64,000 nt of DNA from Corallochytrium limacisporum Hawaii (taxonomy: Eukaryota > Protista > Pluriformea). This document shows, piece after piece, positions 31,076 to 41,714 of the stretch (within the stretch, counting starts at the first letter, position 1; each line of letters begins with the position of its first letter). The position numbers and the translations under genes are program-made. Location of the stretch: positions 248,001 to 312,000 of the forward strand of contig PDIP01000003.1 of assembly GCA_002811645.1 (NCBI GenBank). Reading direction: 5' to 3'. The notes under the pieces are model-generated. The model was not told the origin of the DNA. It saw only the letters and a list, made by a program, of their open reading frames with translations, and did no database searches.

Positions 31076-31130
31076 CACATTTGTATCTTAGATTCGTTAC
31101 AATTTCCGTTAATATTAATGTGGTCTCTGC

Positions 31131-33200
31131 TCAAGCACCTTCCTCTCTGTGCATGGCGCTGTCGCAGAGTGCAATAACTGGACTCTCGCAAGCACAAACG
31201 TAGCCCATGGCACGCACGTCAGGACCGTCAATGAAGACAGGCGCGCCGACGGGAAATACTTCGGGACGCCACTTAAAGCGTAGCTCCAGCACGGCCGTGT
31301 CACGGCTGACTGCAGATGCTTCGTTCTGGCGTCGGCCAGCAATAGCCTTTACGAGGCTCACCAGTGCCTGCTGGCGAATGGCACCAACGTGCAGGGTGCA
31401 TTCGGTCTCGTTGCTCACCTTCAGGCTGCCCTTCAACACAAATACACGGCACTGGGTCTGGATTGTTGGCACAACGAAATCATCCGCACCAATCAACACA
31501 CATCCACGGTGTACCCTGTTCAACACACGACGGCGGCGGTTACGATTCCCGGGTTCCGGGCTGGCGCCTCTGTCGTCCACATCCGACTCTTCGCTGCTAG
31601 TGCTGCCCCGAATCACATTCTGCGGATCCTGCTCCACGCCATCGCAACTTTCTTGACTAACCGAACGCAGTGCAATGGTACCAGAGGTGTGCTCATGCAG
31701 GCAGTTAATGGGGAGGCGCTTGCAGTGGATTGACCATGCGACCATAGGCTTGAAGGTGCCATCACCCATGGGTCCGACCTGTACGATGTCTCCCTCGGTG
31801 ATCTTGCCGTTCAGGACCTTACCACCAACCACCAAACCGACACCCGCCACCTGAAAAGTCTCTTCCACCGTCAAGCACATGCTCGTGTTCAAGCGGTGGT
31901 CAATGTCGCCTCGGGAGCATTCGCACATGGGGGTGACACCGTAACCTCCCTTGGGTGGCAAAGGCAACTTGCTGAGTAGTGCATGGATAACATCAACACC
32001 ATTCCCGGAAACAGCACTGATGGGAATGATCGGCACAAATCCCAGAGCTCCATGCTTCCTGCGCATCCGCTCGACCATCGCATCAGCAGCTTGATCGCTA
32101 TCCACAACAATGCCCTCACGGCTTAACTCGGCATCAGCAACCTGTTGCTGTAGAAACTCGCAGGCCTGTCCCACTGACTCAGAAGAGTATTGATCAATTT
32201 TAGTGAGTACAATCACCAACATGGAACCCAAGGCATTTGCCAAAGAAATCTGCTCCAGACACGCGTCGAGCAAGGTCTCTTCATTTGTCGTTGCACCCAC
32301 CACCAACATCACAATGTCTGGGTGATGGGACAATAATCCGGTTATGGCGGTCTTTGAAAAGCGTCGGCTACCGGCTAAGTCTGCGAAGTGATACATGTGT
32401 GTACTATTCTGACAGCGTTTCGTCCAGTCACTCTCCTGGCGAAGCGCTCCCCGGTAGATTACACCGTCGGGTCCATAGCCCAATAGTTCTCGACTGGTCG
32501 ACGACGTCTTGCCCGATTCAATCTCGTGCTTATGTCGGAAGAGATTCAGACGAGCCATGCCAGATCCATTGTCCAAATCGCCATGCGTAAGAATACCCAG
32601 AAGTGTGCTTTTACCGGCACCTTCAGCACCCAGTAAGGCCACCCGGCACTCTCCGTGGATCGTGCGGGGGGACAGAACCTCAGGTCCAGAAGTGCCCTTC
32701 TTATCATCGCTGTTGGGGTCCAATACTTTGCGAGTCTGTTTTGCCAACGGTCGCCAAGTGACTTGCACCCGCACGCAGAACTTTCCTGTCGTCACTTCAG
32801 TGGCCCCCAGGACCTTCAAGTTGCCCTCCGCTCCTGTAGCCATGTGCTCTAGGGTGCTCAAACTAGCTTCGAGCTGACTTGCGGTCAAGCCAGCCATTTC
32901 ACCGTCATCGTGCACGCCCAGCTCATAGAATGCCTTCCCGTTTCCCTCAGCTAATCGCCACTTCATCTGTGTTGTTAGGTGTTGCACCCTTGATGGCCCG
33001 GGATTCTCCAAGGTAAACTTGTACTCTGTGTCTCCATACTCATCCTCTGGGGGCAACTTGGATCGGTGCAAGGTATTGATACCCTTTAAGAAGGTGGGCC
33101 AATGACGCCGGTCCATCTTCTTAGGCTTCCGCTTGGGTGCCACCACCTCGTCTCCCCCAAAAAGACCAACCACTTCGTCGTCTACATTGAATTCTGTCAT
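31131..33200 (-). CDS. GTPBP2: GTPBP2/GTPBP1-like translational GTPase
   Basis: PPEDEYGDTEYK, HLTTQMKWRLAEGNG, GAGKSTLLG, ARLNLFRHKHEIESGKTSS, TKID, EF-Tu domains II/III. Confidence 0.88.
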   Translation of the reverse strand: MTEFNVDDEVVGLFGGDEVVAPKRKPKKMDRRHWPTFLKGINTLHRSKLPPEDEYGDTEYKFTLENPGPSRVQHLTTQMKWRLAEGNGKAFYELGVHDDGEMAGLTASQLEASLSTLEHMATGAEGNLKVLGATEVTTGKFCVRVQVTWRPLAKQTRKVLDPNSDDKKGTSGPEVLSPRTIHGECRVALLGAEGAGKSTLLGILTHGDLDNGSGMARLNLFRHKHEIESGKTSSTSRELLGYGPDGVIYRGALRQESDWTKRCQNSTHMYHFADLAGSRRFSKTAITGLLSHHPDIVMLVVGATTNEETLLDACLEQISLANALGSMLVIVLTKIDQYSSESVGQACEFLQQQVADAELSREGIVVDSDQAADAMVERMRRKHGALGFVPIIPISAVSGNGVDVIHALLSKLPLPPKGGYGVTPMCECSRGDIDHRLNTSMCLTVEETFQVAGVGLVVGGKVLNGKITEGDIVQVGPMGDGTFKPMVAWSIHCKRLPINCLHEHTSGTIALRSVSQESCDGVEQDPQNVIRGSTSSEESDVDDRGASPEPGNRNRRRRVLNRVHRGCVLIGADDFVVPTIQTQCRVFVLKGSLKVSNETECTLHVGAIRQQALVSLVKAIAGRRQNEASAVSRDTAVLELRFKWRPEVFPVGAPVFIDGPDVRAMGYVCACESPVIALCDSAMHREEGA

Positions 33201-33882
33201 AGTTTCGGTGTTTGTATCTTGTTGCTTTAAGTCACTCTTGTAAAAGCCAAGCTATAGTATGGCTAAGCATGCAAGGAGGCTTTAATTTCGTATCCGCACA
33301 ATCATTTTGAGAAAGGTTCTATAAGATCTGTAATCTAAATCCTGTGATTCACTTTCCGCCGTTTACGCTAGTAGTTTTAAACTCATTAGAAACAACTTCT
33401 TTGAAATCCATCCACAGTCTCTGAAATACCTGCTCCATCACCTGCAACCGAGGACCAACGCATCTAAGAATGGGACTATACAAGAAGACACAACTTCCAC
33501 AGGCAGCCACAGCAACCCGCCCCGTTGTTCCTTTGCTTCCAACAGGGCCTCAAGCCGCACAGCTTCCCTTTGCTCATACGCGCTACACTCCCTACTGAGG
33601 CAATACGGATTCTCTCTCTCCCCCTCTCTCCCTCTCACGCCCTCTTACCTCTCGGGGCTTACAGTGCTGAACAGAAGAGCTGGATGCAGGAGAAACCGCG
33701 GGGGGATTTAGCAAGAAAAACCAGGCACCGGCCACGAGCCTCGCGACCCGCCAAAAAGAATTTCTGCAAGAATGGGCACAAAAGTACTAGCAAAGTTAAA
33801 ACCAATCCGAAAAGAAAAGAAAAAGAGAAAAAAAATGGAGGGCAGAGACGAGGTCTGCGTAAGCTTTTCGTCCCTCCCCGAT

Positions 33883-33970
33883 GGGGGGGGGTGCCGGTGC
33901 TGACCGTCCCCTCCGGTCTTGGCCCGGATTCTTCTTGTCTGCGCTTGGCACACCCCCCCCCCCCGGGGGG
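33883..33970. promoter_or_regulatory. G-tract and C12G6 element upstream of the GTPBP2-like gene
   Basis: CCCCCCCCCCCCGGGGGG at 33953-33970. Confidence 0.45.
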
Positions 33971-34140
33971 AACTGCCAAGCCTGGCCATATACAGCACTG
34001 AAGGGCCGAGGTGTGTTGGGTGGAGGGAGGGAGGGGTAGCTGAAGAACATCAAAGAGCCAGAAGGAATTGAAAATTGGAGCGAAATATCCGCGCGTCGTA
34101 CCAGTGTAACCATGGATGAGACCCGCAAAATCCGACACTC

Positions 34141-34325
34141 TGTGTTGTAAATGACGGGTTCGTTTCCCCATACATTCAGTATAAGGTTGTTGGGGTTCTC
34201 CAGAAGGGACGAGTTATCTCCCAGCTGGCCTTCCAGTGCTAGCTCTGTCAATAGGGGGATTCGGTACTCTTGCGCGCAAGGAACTCCCAACATAACCAGC
34301 TGAACATGGTGGCTGAGACACTGTT
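34141..34325 (+). mobile_element. Decayed non-LTR retrotransposon RT fragment
   Basis: CVVNDGFVSPYIQYKVVGVLQKGRVISQLAF resembles VxVNG..S......GVxQG..LSPLLF. It is followed by *GDSVLLRARNS, resembling YADDxVLLA. Stops are present. Confidence 0.4.
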
Positions 34326-34625
34326 CCATCCGTACATTCGCCTCGACCATGCACCTAGCATATTTGACTGCATGTTCACAGCTGGAGAAGATCACCGGAA
34401 GTCCCCAATAGATTCATCAGTGATTGCCGAAACTTAGAGGCGCACCCCATCTGCCCGCAACCAATGGCTGGGCGTTTCGGGGCCCTTGTGGAGGAAAGGC
34501 GGGACTGGGCCGGGAGTCTATTTTCTCGACACCCAAAAGAAACAGGGAAATGGAGAGAATAGCTAAATCGTAAACGTAACCTGAGGCATTTTCTTTAATG
34601 ATACAAAAGGACGTGGTGCAGAGCC

Positions 34626-36470
34626 CTAGTTTGACATCAAGGACACGGCGATCAGTGCACCAGCGGACAGTAGGCATACGGAAAAGAAGACCACGTAGCC
34701 AACAACCTTACCGCTATTGATGGAGGTGAGGAAGGCGGTGGAGTCAAACAGCTCACGACGCTTAAGATCCCTGTGCAACCATCCCGAACTGATGATGAAG
34801 AGTAGTGCCGAGATGAAATAGCCACCACATATGACAATGGCAAGAATCAGGGGATCATGTGCTCCCTTCAGGAGACCAACAATTTCGGGTCCCGAACCAC
34901 CAAGCAGGGTCGTGAAAAAGAAGTACATCGCAAATACGGTACCAGTCATCTGCGCAGGGACAGTGGCCTGCAAGACGGATGCAGCCGGGCCACCCCAAAC
35001 TTCTGCAGTGAGATAGGACATGAATACACACCCTATCATGACCGTGAAACTGACTTCGTTGATGCCGCCGAGGAATTTGTCCGCAAAGAGCATGACGATC
35101 ACGAAAGGAATGGATGTGATCGCTCCAATAGCCGGAACTAGAATAGGTGCCTTCTCTTGTGATGCACCCCAGCGACGAGTGATGTAGCCTCCAAAGAATG
35201 AAGAAATGACACCGCCAACCAGCGTACTGGCTCCAAAGAGAGCAGGGAAGACATCGAATGAAGGAGGAACCCCCGTCACAGGCTCGCGCGGATCAAGTGC
35301 CATGGGGAGGTTTGTCGGTTGGCCAACAGTTTCATCTGGGTTCCAGACAGACTTCAGATATCCAAACACATAAGCTCCGTATACATAGCCACTGATCATG
35401 CGGATTCCCGCTGCCAGGGTAAAGAGCATGGCAATGTCCAAAGACATGACATACTTGATCGTGAATGGGAAGCTATAGCGATCAGATCGATGCCGATTAC
35501 CCTGAGAACCGGTTGGGTTGTACCTTCCCCGAGGAGGGTCCCGGACAGTGATGAAGGCGATCACAGCGACCGCAAGGCCACTCAAACCCAGAATCGCAAA
35601 TGTGGTACGCCATCCATATAATTCGCTGCCGTAGCTTCCACCGTAGGATGCAATACCTCCGCCCAAGTAGATACCAAAGTTGTACACCGAGTTCGCAAAG
35701 GCGTGATGCCTGAGCGGGAAGTAGTCAGAGATGAGACCGAATGCTGCGGGATTGCAGACGGACTGTCCAAGCCCAAGCAGAACACGCAGGGCAAAAATCT
35801 CTGCAAAATTTCTGCTCATCGATGTTAGTGCTGTCGCGCATGACCACAGCACGGCACCAAAGATGAGAAGGTACTTGCGAGAGGACAAGTCGACCATTCT
35901 ACCCAAGGGAATACCTGCAATGACAAACACAAGACTGAATGCATACCCAGATAGCAATCCATATTGTGATGATGTCAGGTCTAAACCTGCCCGTAGTTCA
36001 TCTTCGGTGTAGTAGATTATGCTTCTTGACACCTGATTGTTGATGTAAATTAGCAACAGAATCACCAATACATAGTTAGCGTAGAATCGTGTCCATCCCG
36101 TGAAAATCTCTGAGTATGCCTGGGCAGTGCTCTGCCGTGAGCCGCCGACTTCATAGCTCTGCGGATACAAAATGGGAACCTCCTCTTCAGCGTCGGTGTA
36201 GCTGTTCGATTGCTGGTCCATGTGTGGGTTCCATTGAGAACTCCACTGACGACGGTGGCGACTGGAGCGACCACTGCCGCGCGCTGTGCCATAGTCATCT
36301 GAGCCCCCGTCTGAACTCGCCTTCAGACCATTTGGTCGCGCAAGTCCACCGTTGGCTATATCGGCACGGGTCCCGCGGACGTCATATGAGGACTCTCCTT
36401 CAGAGCTTGAAGCACTCAGAGGCTCACGCTCGCGTCTATCGTTCTCGTCCTGGCTTTGACGCTGACCCAT
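34626..36470 (-). CDS. MFS transporter, Spinster-like
   Basis: About 12-13 TM segments, GIPLGRMVDLSSRK (motif A), RVLLGLG, LISDYFP, YGWRTTF. The N-terminal acidic EEEVPIL resembles a dileucine sorting motif. Confidence 0.88.
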   Translation of the reverse strand: MGQRQSQDENDRREREPLSASSSEGESSYDVRGTRADIANGGLARPNGLKASSDGGSDDYGTARGSGRSSRHRRQWSSQWNPHMDQQSNSYTDAEEEVPILYPQSYEVGGSRQSTAQAYSEIFTGWTRFYANYVLVILLLIYINNQVSRSIIYYTEDELRAGLDLTSSQYGLLSGYAFSLVFVIAGIPLGRMVDLSSRKYLLIFGAVLWSCATALTSMSRNFAEIFALRVLLGLGQSVCNPAAFGLISDYFPLRHHAFANSVYNFGIYLGGGIASYGGSYGSELYGWRTTFAILGLSGLAVAVIAFITVRDPPRGRYNPTGSQGNRHRSDRYSFPFTIKYVMSLDIAMLFTLAAGIRMISGYVYGAYVFGYLKSVWNPDETVGQPTNLPMALDPREPVTGVPPSFDVFPALFGASTLVGGVISSFFGGYITRRWGASQEKAPILVPAIGAITSIPFVIVMLFADKFLGGINEVSFTVMIGCVFMSYLTAEVWGGPAASVLQATVPAQMTGTVFAMYFFFTTLLGGSGPEIVGLLKGAHDPLILAIVICGGYFISALLFIISSGWLHRDLKRRELFDSTAFLTSINSGKVVGYVVFFSVCLLSAGALIAVSLMSN

Positions 36471-37363
36471 GATACTGGCTTCACACTTTTCCAAACTGCT
36501 AAATTATAAAGTACAAGTTTCTTTACATGAGTAGCTTATCACAAAATTTCTTTACATGGTGCGGCATACGGTTGGGCACTGTTTGTTTCCATGCAATCTA
36601 GATTCAAGAACTATCTCACTCTCAACTGTGATGTATTTAGTACCCAATCTGTCCACAAAGTGAGATCACTATCAAGGAAGCATAACACCGTCATGCGCAA
36701 AACACAGGCACATATACGCTGACCGAATGTAGGACCTCATCCAGACACCACGAAGGACATTTTCTTGTGCCCAGTGCCCACAAAGGGCTGCGCAAAGGGG
36801 CTGCCTGGGTCAAGGTCACCCAGACGAATCGGGCGCGGTTCCCCTGCTGGTAGGCATGTAGTTCTGGCACACCACAAATGAGGTGGAATGGCTCAATGGT
36901 TCGTGAATCACTCTCACAGTCAGCTATTGCCTCCTCAAGCGGGGAAAAGCCAGACCATTGCTGTGTGCAACCGCCACCACCGCGGCGCTCTCAGCTGAGT
37001 TGAGCGAACCGCAGCGGGAGGCCCCATATTAGTTCCGCCCCCTGAGCTGTTGGCTCACAAAGACGTATAGTGGACCCCAGTAACCGGACTGCTGCAGCCA
37101 GCAGCGACCGGGCCCACAATTTCAAAGATGTAGACATTAAGTATATCATATTTATGTAGTATGTTCACTATGGTGGTGGTGGTCATACGGTATGTTCGCT
37201 ATCGGAATCGCCAACTCAGCCAGCTTGGGGACTCCCCTTACAAACTTAAGTACTGTTGCTATATTTAGCCCGCGCGCCTCAACCGAAGTGGCCTTTGGTG
37301 TGATCGTTCTTGTTCCTTCTCTTTACACCAGCCATTTGCATATTTCTGTAAGGTTTAGTACCC

Positions 37364-37570
37364 GGTGAACTGGTCACCTTTTCTTAGCCATTCGACATGC
37401 CCGCCAAAGATAGATCCCTCAGAACCGGTCCTTCTGCGTAGTGGATTCGGATTGTAGCTGGGTGTGTCCTCCAGTGTCGAATTACTGCCGCCCCCACATA
37501 CACTCCAAGACTGTACGAACGGTTTGTCCATGGACGATTCTCCACCTCGGACGATTAGAACGGAAACGAC
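37364..37570 (+). mobile_element. Decayed L1/Tx1-like RT fragment
   Basis: LVTFS*PFDM (cf. LxDFSKAFD) and GPSA*WIRIVAGCV (cf. GF..KWIRWI..CV) in one frame, then NG..HGRFSTS across a frameshift. Confidence 0.4.
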
Positions 37571-37715
37571 ATGTAGTTTGCATCGCCTGAGGTTCCACGG
37601 GAGTGCTGTTGAGCAGTTATAAGAGCCAGCCAGATAACTTCAGACATATGCCTACGAACAGTGATCGGCATTACCTACTGCTCCATGACCGATAATCACA
37701 CGGGATCAAGCAAGC

Positions 37716-39578
37716 ATGGGTAACAACGTCAGTCGAAACATGGCACTGGGTGCCGGCAGCGCTGCCGCTGTCGGTGCTGCGCTACTCTACAGTGAAGTTA
37801 GCAAGGGTTTTACTACTCCCACTTTGGAGAAGATACCAAGTGGTGGTGAGCAAATCGCTTCGGTGCTCAAGGAGCACGGGGTGAAACGTCTCTTTGTGCT
37901 CGCCGGTGGACACGTCGCGCCCGTGTACGTTGAGTCTGAGAGGTTGGGTATCCAGGTCGTTGACGTCCGTCATGAGGCCAACGCTGTGTTTGCCGCTGAT
38001 GCTACTGGCCGTCTGGAGGGCCTGGGTGTCGCTGTGGTGACCGCGGGTCCTGGTGTGACCAACACTGTAACTGCTGTCAAGAACGCACAAATGGCAGAGT
38101 CTCCTGTTGTGATTCTGGGTGGTTGCACCTCGACCATCTTGATGGGCCGTGGTTCTTTGCAGGACATTGATCACTTGAGTGTAATGAAGAGTATCACGAA
38201 GTGGCAAGCCTCTCCTCGGACTGTTGCGGAGCTGGTGCCCACAATCACCGAAGCCATTCGTCAAGCTCGCACTGGTGTCCCTGGCCCCGTCTTCGTTGAA
38301 TTGCCTATGGATCTTCTCTGGCCAAACAGCCTGATAATCGAACAGATGACATCCATGATGCCGAGCGAAAAGAACCAGACCTTTGGTGCTAAGGCTCTGC
38401 GCTGGTACCTGACTCGTCACTTGAACACCATATTCAAAGATGGCGATAAGAACAAGGCCGTGGCACCTCCTCCAGTGGAGATCCCGGACCCAAGCCCTGC
38501 AGATATCAAGACCACTCTAGCCGTGCTGCGCAAGTCTCAACGCCCTCTGATCATCATCGGATCTCAGGCCATGTGTCGCCCGTGGGAAGTCGATGCCATC
38601 GCCGAGGCGGTAAAGACCTTGGGTGTGCCAGTCTACTGTGCCGGCATGGCCCGTGGTCTCCTGCAGGATGCCGGATTTGATCAGCTCATGTTCAAACATA
38701 ATCGCTCCCAGGCCATCAAGGAGGCAGATGTTTGCATCCTTGCCGGCGCAGTCTGCGACTTCCGTCTGCAGTACGGCCAGGTCTTCGGTCCGCGGTGCAC
38801 CCTGATCAATGTCAACCTCAGCTACAAGAACGCGACAATGAACAGGTCTCCGACCCACGCTATTGTCTGCGATTCTGGTCGCTTCCTGCAGAAGTTAGCC
38901 GAGGCCTCCAACGCAGGATCATCATCCTGGGCCGAATGGAAGTATAAACTTCAGGGCCGCGAGCAGGATCGTGAGAAGGACATCAGTGAGAAGGCACGTC
39001 CGGTTCCCGAAAAATTCTGCAACCCGGTGGCTGTTCTCAAGGAAGTCAGCGAGCAGCTCGCACCCAACAGTCAGCTTATCGTGGATGGCGGTGATTTCGT
39101 CGGCACTGCAGCGTACACCCTCAAGCCGCGCAAGGCCCTGAGCTGGCTGGACCCAGGAGCCTTCGGTACCCTTGGTGTCGGCGCTGGCTTTGCCTTGGGT
39201 GCCAAACTGGCCAGGCCGGACACTGAGACGTGGATCATTTACGGTGATGGTGCCCTTGGATTCACCATTGCCGAATTTGACACGTTTGCCCGCTTCAAGA
39301 TCGGCCTCATTGCCGTCGTCGGCAACGACGCCGTTTGGGCGCAAATGATTCGTGACCAGGAGCGCATTCTGGGAACGGCGACTGCCTGCCACCTGGCCCG
39401 CACGGAGTATCACAAGGTCGTTGATGGCTTCGGAGGCAAAGGATTCCTCGTGGAGACTCTGGATCAGTTGCCCGGAGTCCTCCGGCAGGCCAAGGAGCTG
39501 GCCAAGGAAGGTGTTCCAGTCCTCGTTAACTGCCTGATTGCTCGCTCCAGTTTCCGCGAAGGCTCCATCTCAGTGTGA
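37716..39578 (+). CDS. ILVBL: ILVBL/2-hydroxyacyl-CoA lyase 2 (acetolactate synthase-like TPP enzyme)
   Basis: [60 protein letters not shown]...N TPP motif, FREGSISV end. Confidence 0.93.
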   Translation: MGNNVSRNMALGAGSAAAVGAALLYSEVSKGFTTPTLEKIPSGGEQIASVLKEHGVKRLFVLAGGHVAPVYVESERLGIQVVDVRHEANAVFAADATGRLEGLGVAVVTAGPGVTNTVTAVKNAQMAESPVVILGGCTSTILMGRGSLQDIDHLSVMKSITKWQASPRTVAELVPTITEAIRQARTGVPGPVFVELPMDLLWPNSLIIEQMTSMMPSEKNQTFGAKALRWYLTRHLNTIFKDGDKNKAVAPPPVEIPDPSPADIKTTLAVLRKSQRPLIIIGSQAMCRPWEVDAIAEAVKTLGVPVYCAGMARGLLQDAGFDQLMFKHNRSQAIKEADVCILAGAVCDFRLQYGQVFGPRCTLINVNLSYKNATMNRSPTHAIVCDSGRFLQKLAEASNAGSSSWAEWKYKLQGREQDREKDISEKARPVPEKFCNPVAVLKEVSEQLAPNSQLIVDGGDFVGTAAYTLKPRKALSWLDPGAFGTLGVGAGFALGAKLARPDTETWIIYGDGALGFTIAEFDTFARFKIGLIAVVGNDAVWAQMIRDQERILGTATACHLARTEYHKVVDGFGGKGFLVETLDQLPGVLRQAKELAKEGVPVLVNCLIARSSFREGSISV

Positions 39579-39650
39579 ACGAGATGGTTAGTGATAATCA
39601 TTTCAGAAATAGAATGCGACTACGTTTGCCATAGAAAACATTATATTATC

Positions 39651-39755
39651 CGGCCTATCACATTCCCACATTTCCAGCAAGTTCTGTTTGTACCAAATAT
39701 TGATATACGGACTTGTATACACATGTCACAAATGCTTGTTTCCGAAAAAGGGCAA
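39651..39755 (+). mobile_element. Possible decayed LINE RT N-terminal fragment
   Basis: RPITF, then after a frameshift SKFCLYQILIYGL..CLFPKKG, resembling RPISL...KIL.KILANRL......LIHPxQxG. Confidence 0.25.
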
Positions 39756-39859
39756 CCCAAACAAAAACTTTCTCTGTTTTCACACACAACCAAAACCGGC
39801 GGTAAGCGGGACACGGGGGGAGAACCGTTGTGGAGATATTCCTCTTGGCCGCGCCCATT

Positions 39860-41420
39860 ACACAAGCCAAAGAAAAAAAAGTAAAAAAGGAACAGAAAAG
39901 TAAAAAGAAAGGGAAAACCCCCCTTCCCTAACGAAACAGTGGGCTCGCTGCCTTCCTTTAACTCCTGTCTGTCTCTCTCGCTCTCCCCCTTGTTTTTTCC
40001 TTGTCTCTCTCCCCCTTTTTTTCTTCACTCTCTCCCCCCCCCTTGACTGCCACCAAAACAAGTAAACCAAAAAAAATGACTCCAGGAAAAAATGATTTCT
40101 TTTGACGTGCTGAGGGTTGTATAATTATTTCATCGAGGAAAATGTGATCAAAACTTTGGGGGTGGGGGGGGGGAGAGACGGGCACACGGCGACCGAGGAA
40201 GGGGTCCAAATAAAATGGAATTAACAAGAAAATAAAAAACAACACAATTATACCCAGATCTGCTTCCATTTCAACGCAACACAAACACAACACACGGGAA
40301 CAGACTCCCCTCGTTGCCACCTGCCGACCCCAAGTTAGGGGTGCCAGCCCGTTTATTCGATACACATAGATTTGTGTCATATTATACAGTACCTTTCATC
40401 GCCCGGCAAGGGCTCTGCCCTGGGAAGGCCTGGACAAGGGAAACACCCAAAAAAAAAACAATGAATTCGGGGTGGACGAAAAAGAAAAACCTGCCTGGCG
40501 CCTGAAAGGAGATGAATGCTTATACTAAGTTCTCTCGGTATGAGAAATGGACTTTTTGTATCCCGGTTTCCGGCCACCATTGCCACCCATCCCTCCCGGT
40601 TGCCCTGGGGCGGGCGGCGTGTAACCCACCAGGGCCCCCGGGGGGGGGAGAGACACCGCCGTCCCCCTTTCGTTTCTCTCACTTCTCTCCACCCACCCAC
40701 CAACCCTAACCCAACACTACCTGCCCCAATTTGTGCCCTTGAACTTTCCCTCTTATCTGCTCGGTTGTTTCTCATTGCTTTTCTTTTTCAATTTCAATTC
40801 TTCTGCCGTCCCTCTTCCCGAACCCACGACCGAACCCCGCGCCACCCCGGCCCCGTTTTACTTATCACCCTTTCCCTCTGCTCTTCGTTTGCTATACTTA
40901 CAGTACCAGGCCGCCCCACGTCAATTTTCTCCAGCAACTGACCCGCACACACCCTCCCATCCCCCCCCCAAGGTGCAGCAGGGGGCCTGACTCATAACCC
41001 CGCCGGGCGAAGAGCAGAGGGGCGCTCCCTATGGTCAATTTTCTATAGAAATCGAACCGATGGCCCCGCACGCGATCTCAAGAGAAGTGGGACACCGAGG
41101 AAAAAAAAAAAGAAAAAAGAAAAAAGGAAAATGGAGAGAGAGACTCGAGAATGAAAGTTCAGGGCTGCTGATAATCTTTTGTCCAATCTTCCCTCGTCAG
41201 CGGAAAAAAAAGGGGGAGGGACCCGAGAAAGGGGAGATTTCCCCGTGGTTTTGGTGCTGGAGATTGCCCCCTTCGGGGAGGAGAGGGAGCCGGTCAAGCG
41301 AACAAAAGGCGCCACACACAGCCGGCGGGGCAGGACGGAGAAGAGCGGGAATGGGGGTAACGGGCGCACCAAAAAGAGAGGGCAGCGACGGAGAGGCCCC
41401 CCCGGGGGGGGGGGCAGGCA
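39860..41420. promoter_or_regulatory. Long homopolymer-rich, strand-asymmetric region with two CnGn elements (40635-40648, 41397-41414)
   Basis: A-, T-, C- and G-tracts and alternating purine/pyrimidine-rich blocks upstream of the 41715 gene. Confidence 0.45.
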
Positions 41421-41714
41421 AACAGAGATCGCGGGAGAAGGAGGAACTTGCCCGGCGTTGATGGCGTTGCGGTGACGGTGAGACCACCGAAAGGGAGGGC
41501 AGAATGACGATATCTGCGCGAATGAGGCCACACGATGTGCATCGGAAGTCGAGACTGTGATGAAAGAGACGGACCAAAGGGCGTCGCAAGTGCACTGATC
41601 CTTGGGCATTGAAGGATGAGGTACTTGGTATACCGGGCTTGTCGATGTGAATCAAGGTTGGGGCTTTGGGCCAAACTCAACCGCAGGTCGGTGGAAGAAA
41701 CACACTACATAAGC

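Noticed and set aside
33525-34395. Several 100-200 aa ORFs in intergenic DNA
   Set aside because: Low-complexity translations of homopolymer tracts, on both strands.
40700-40716. Telomere-like AACCCTAACCC
   Set aside because: Fewer than two units in a C-rich region; expected by chance.
39858-41680. Cluster of overlapping ORFs
   Set aside because: Products of G/C/A/T runs with poly-P/G/K/F composition and no domains.
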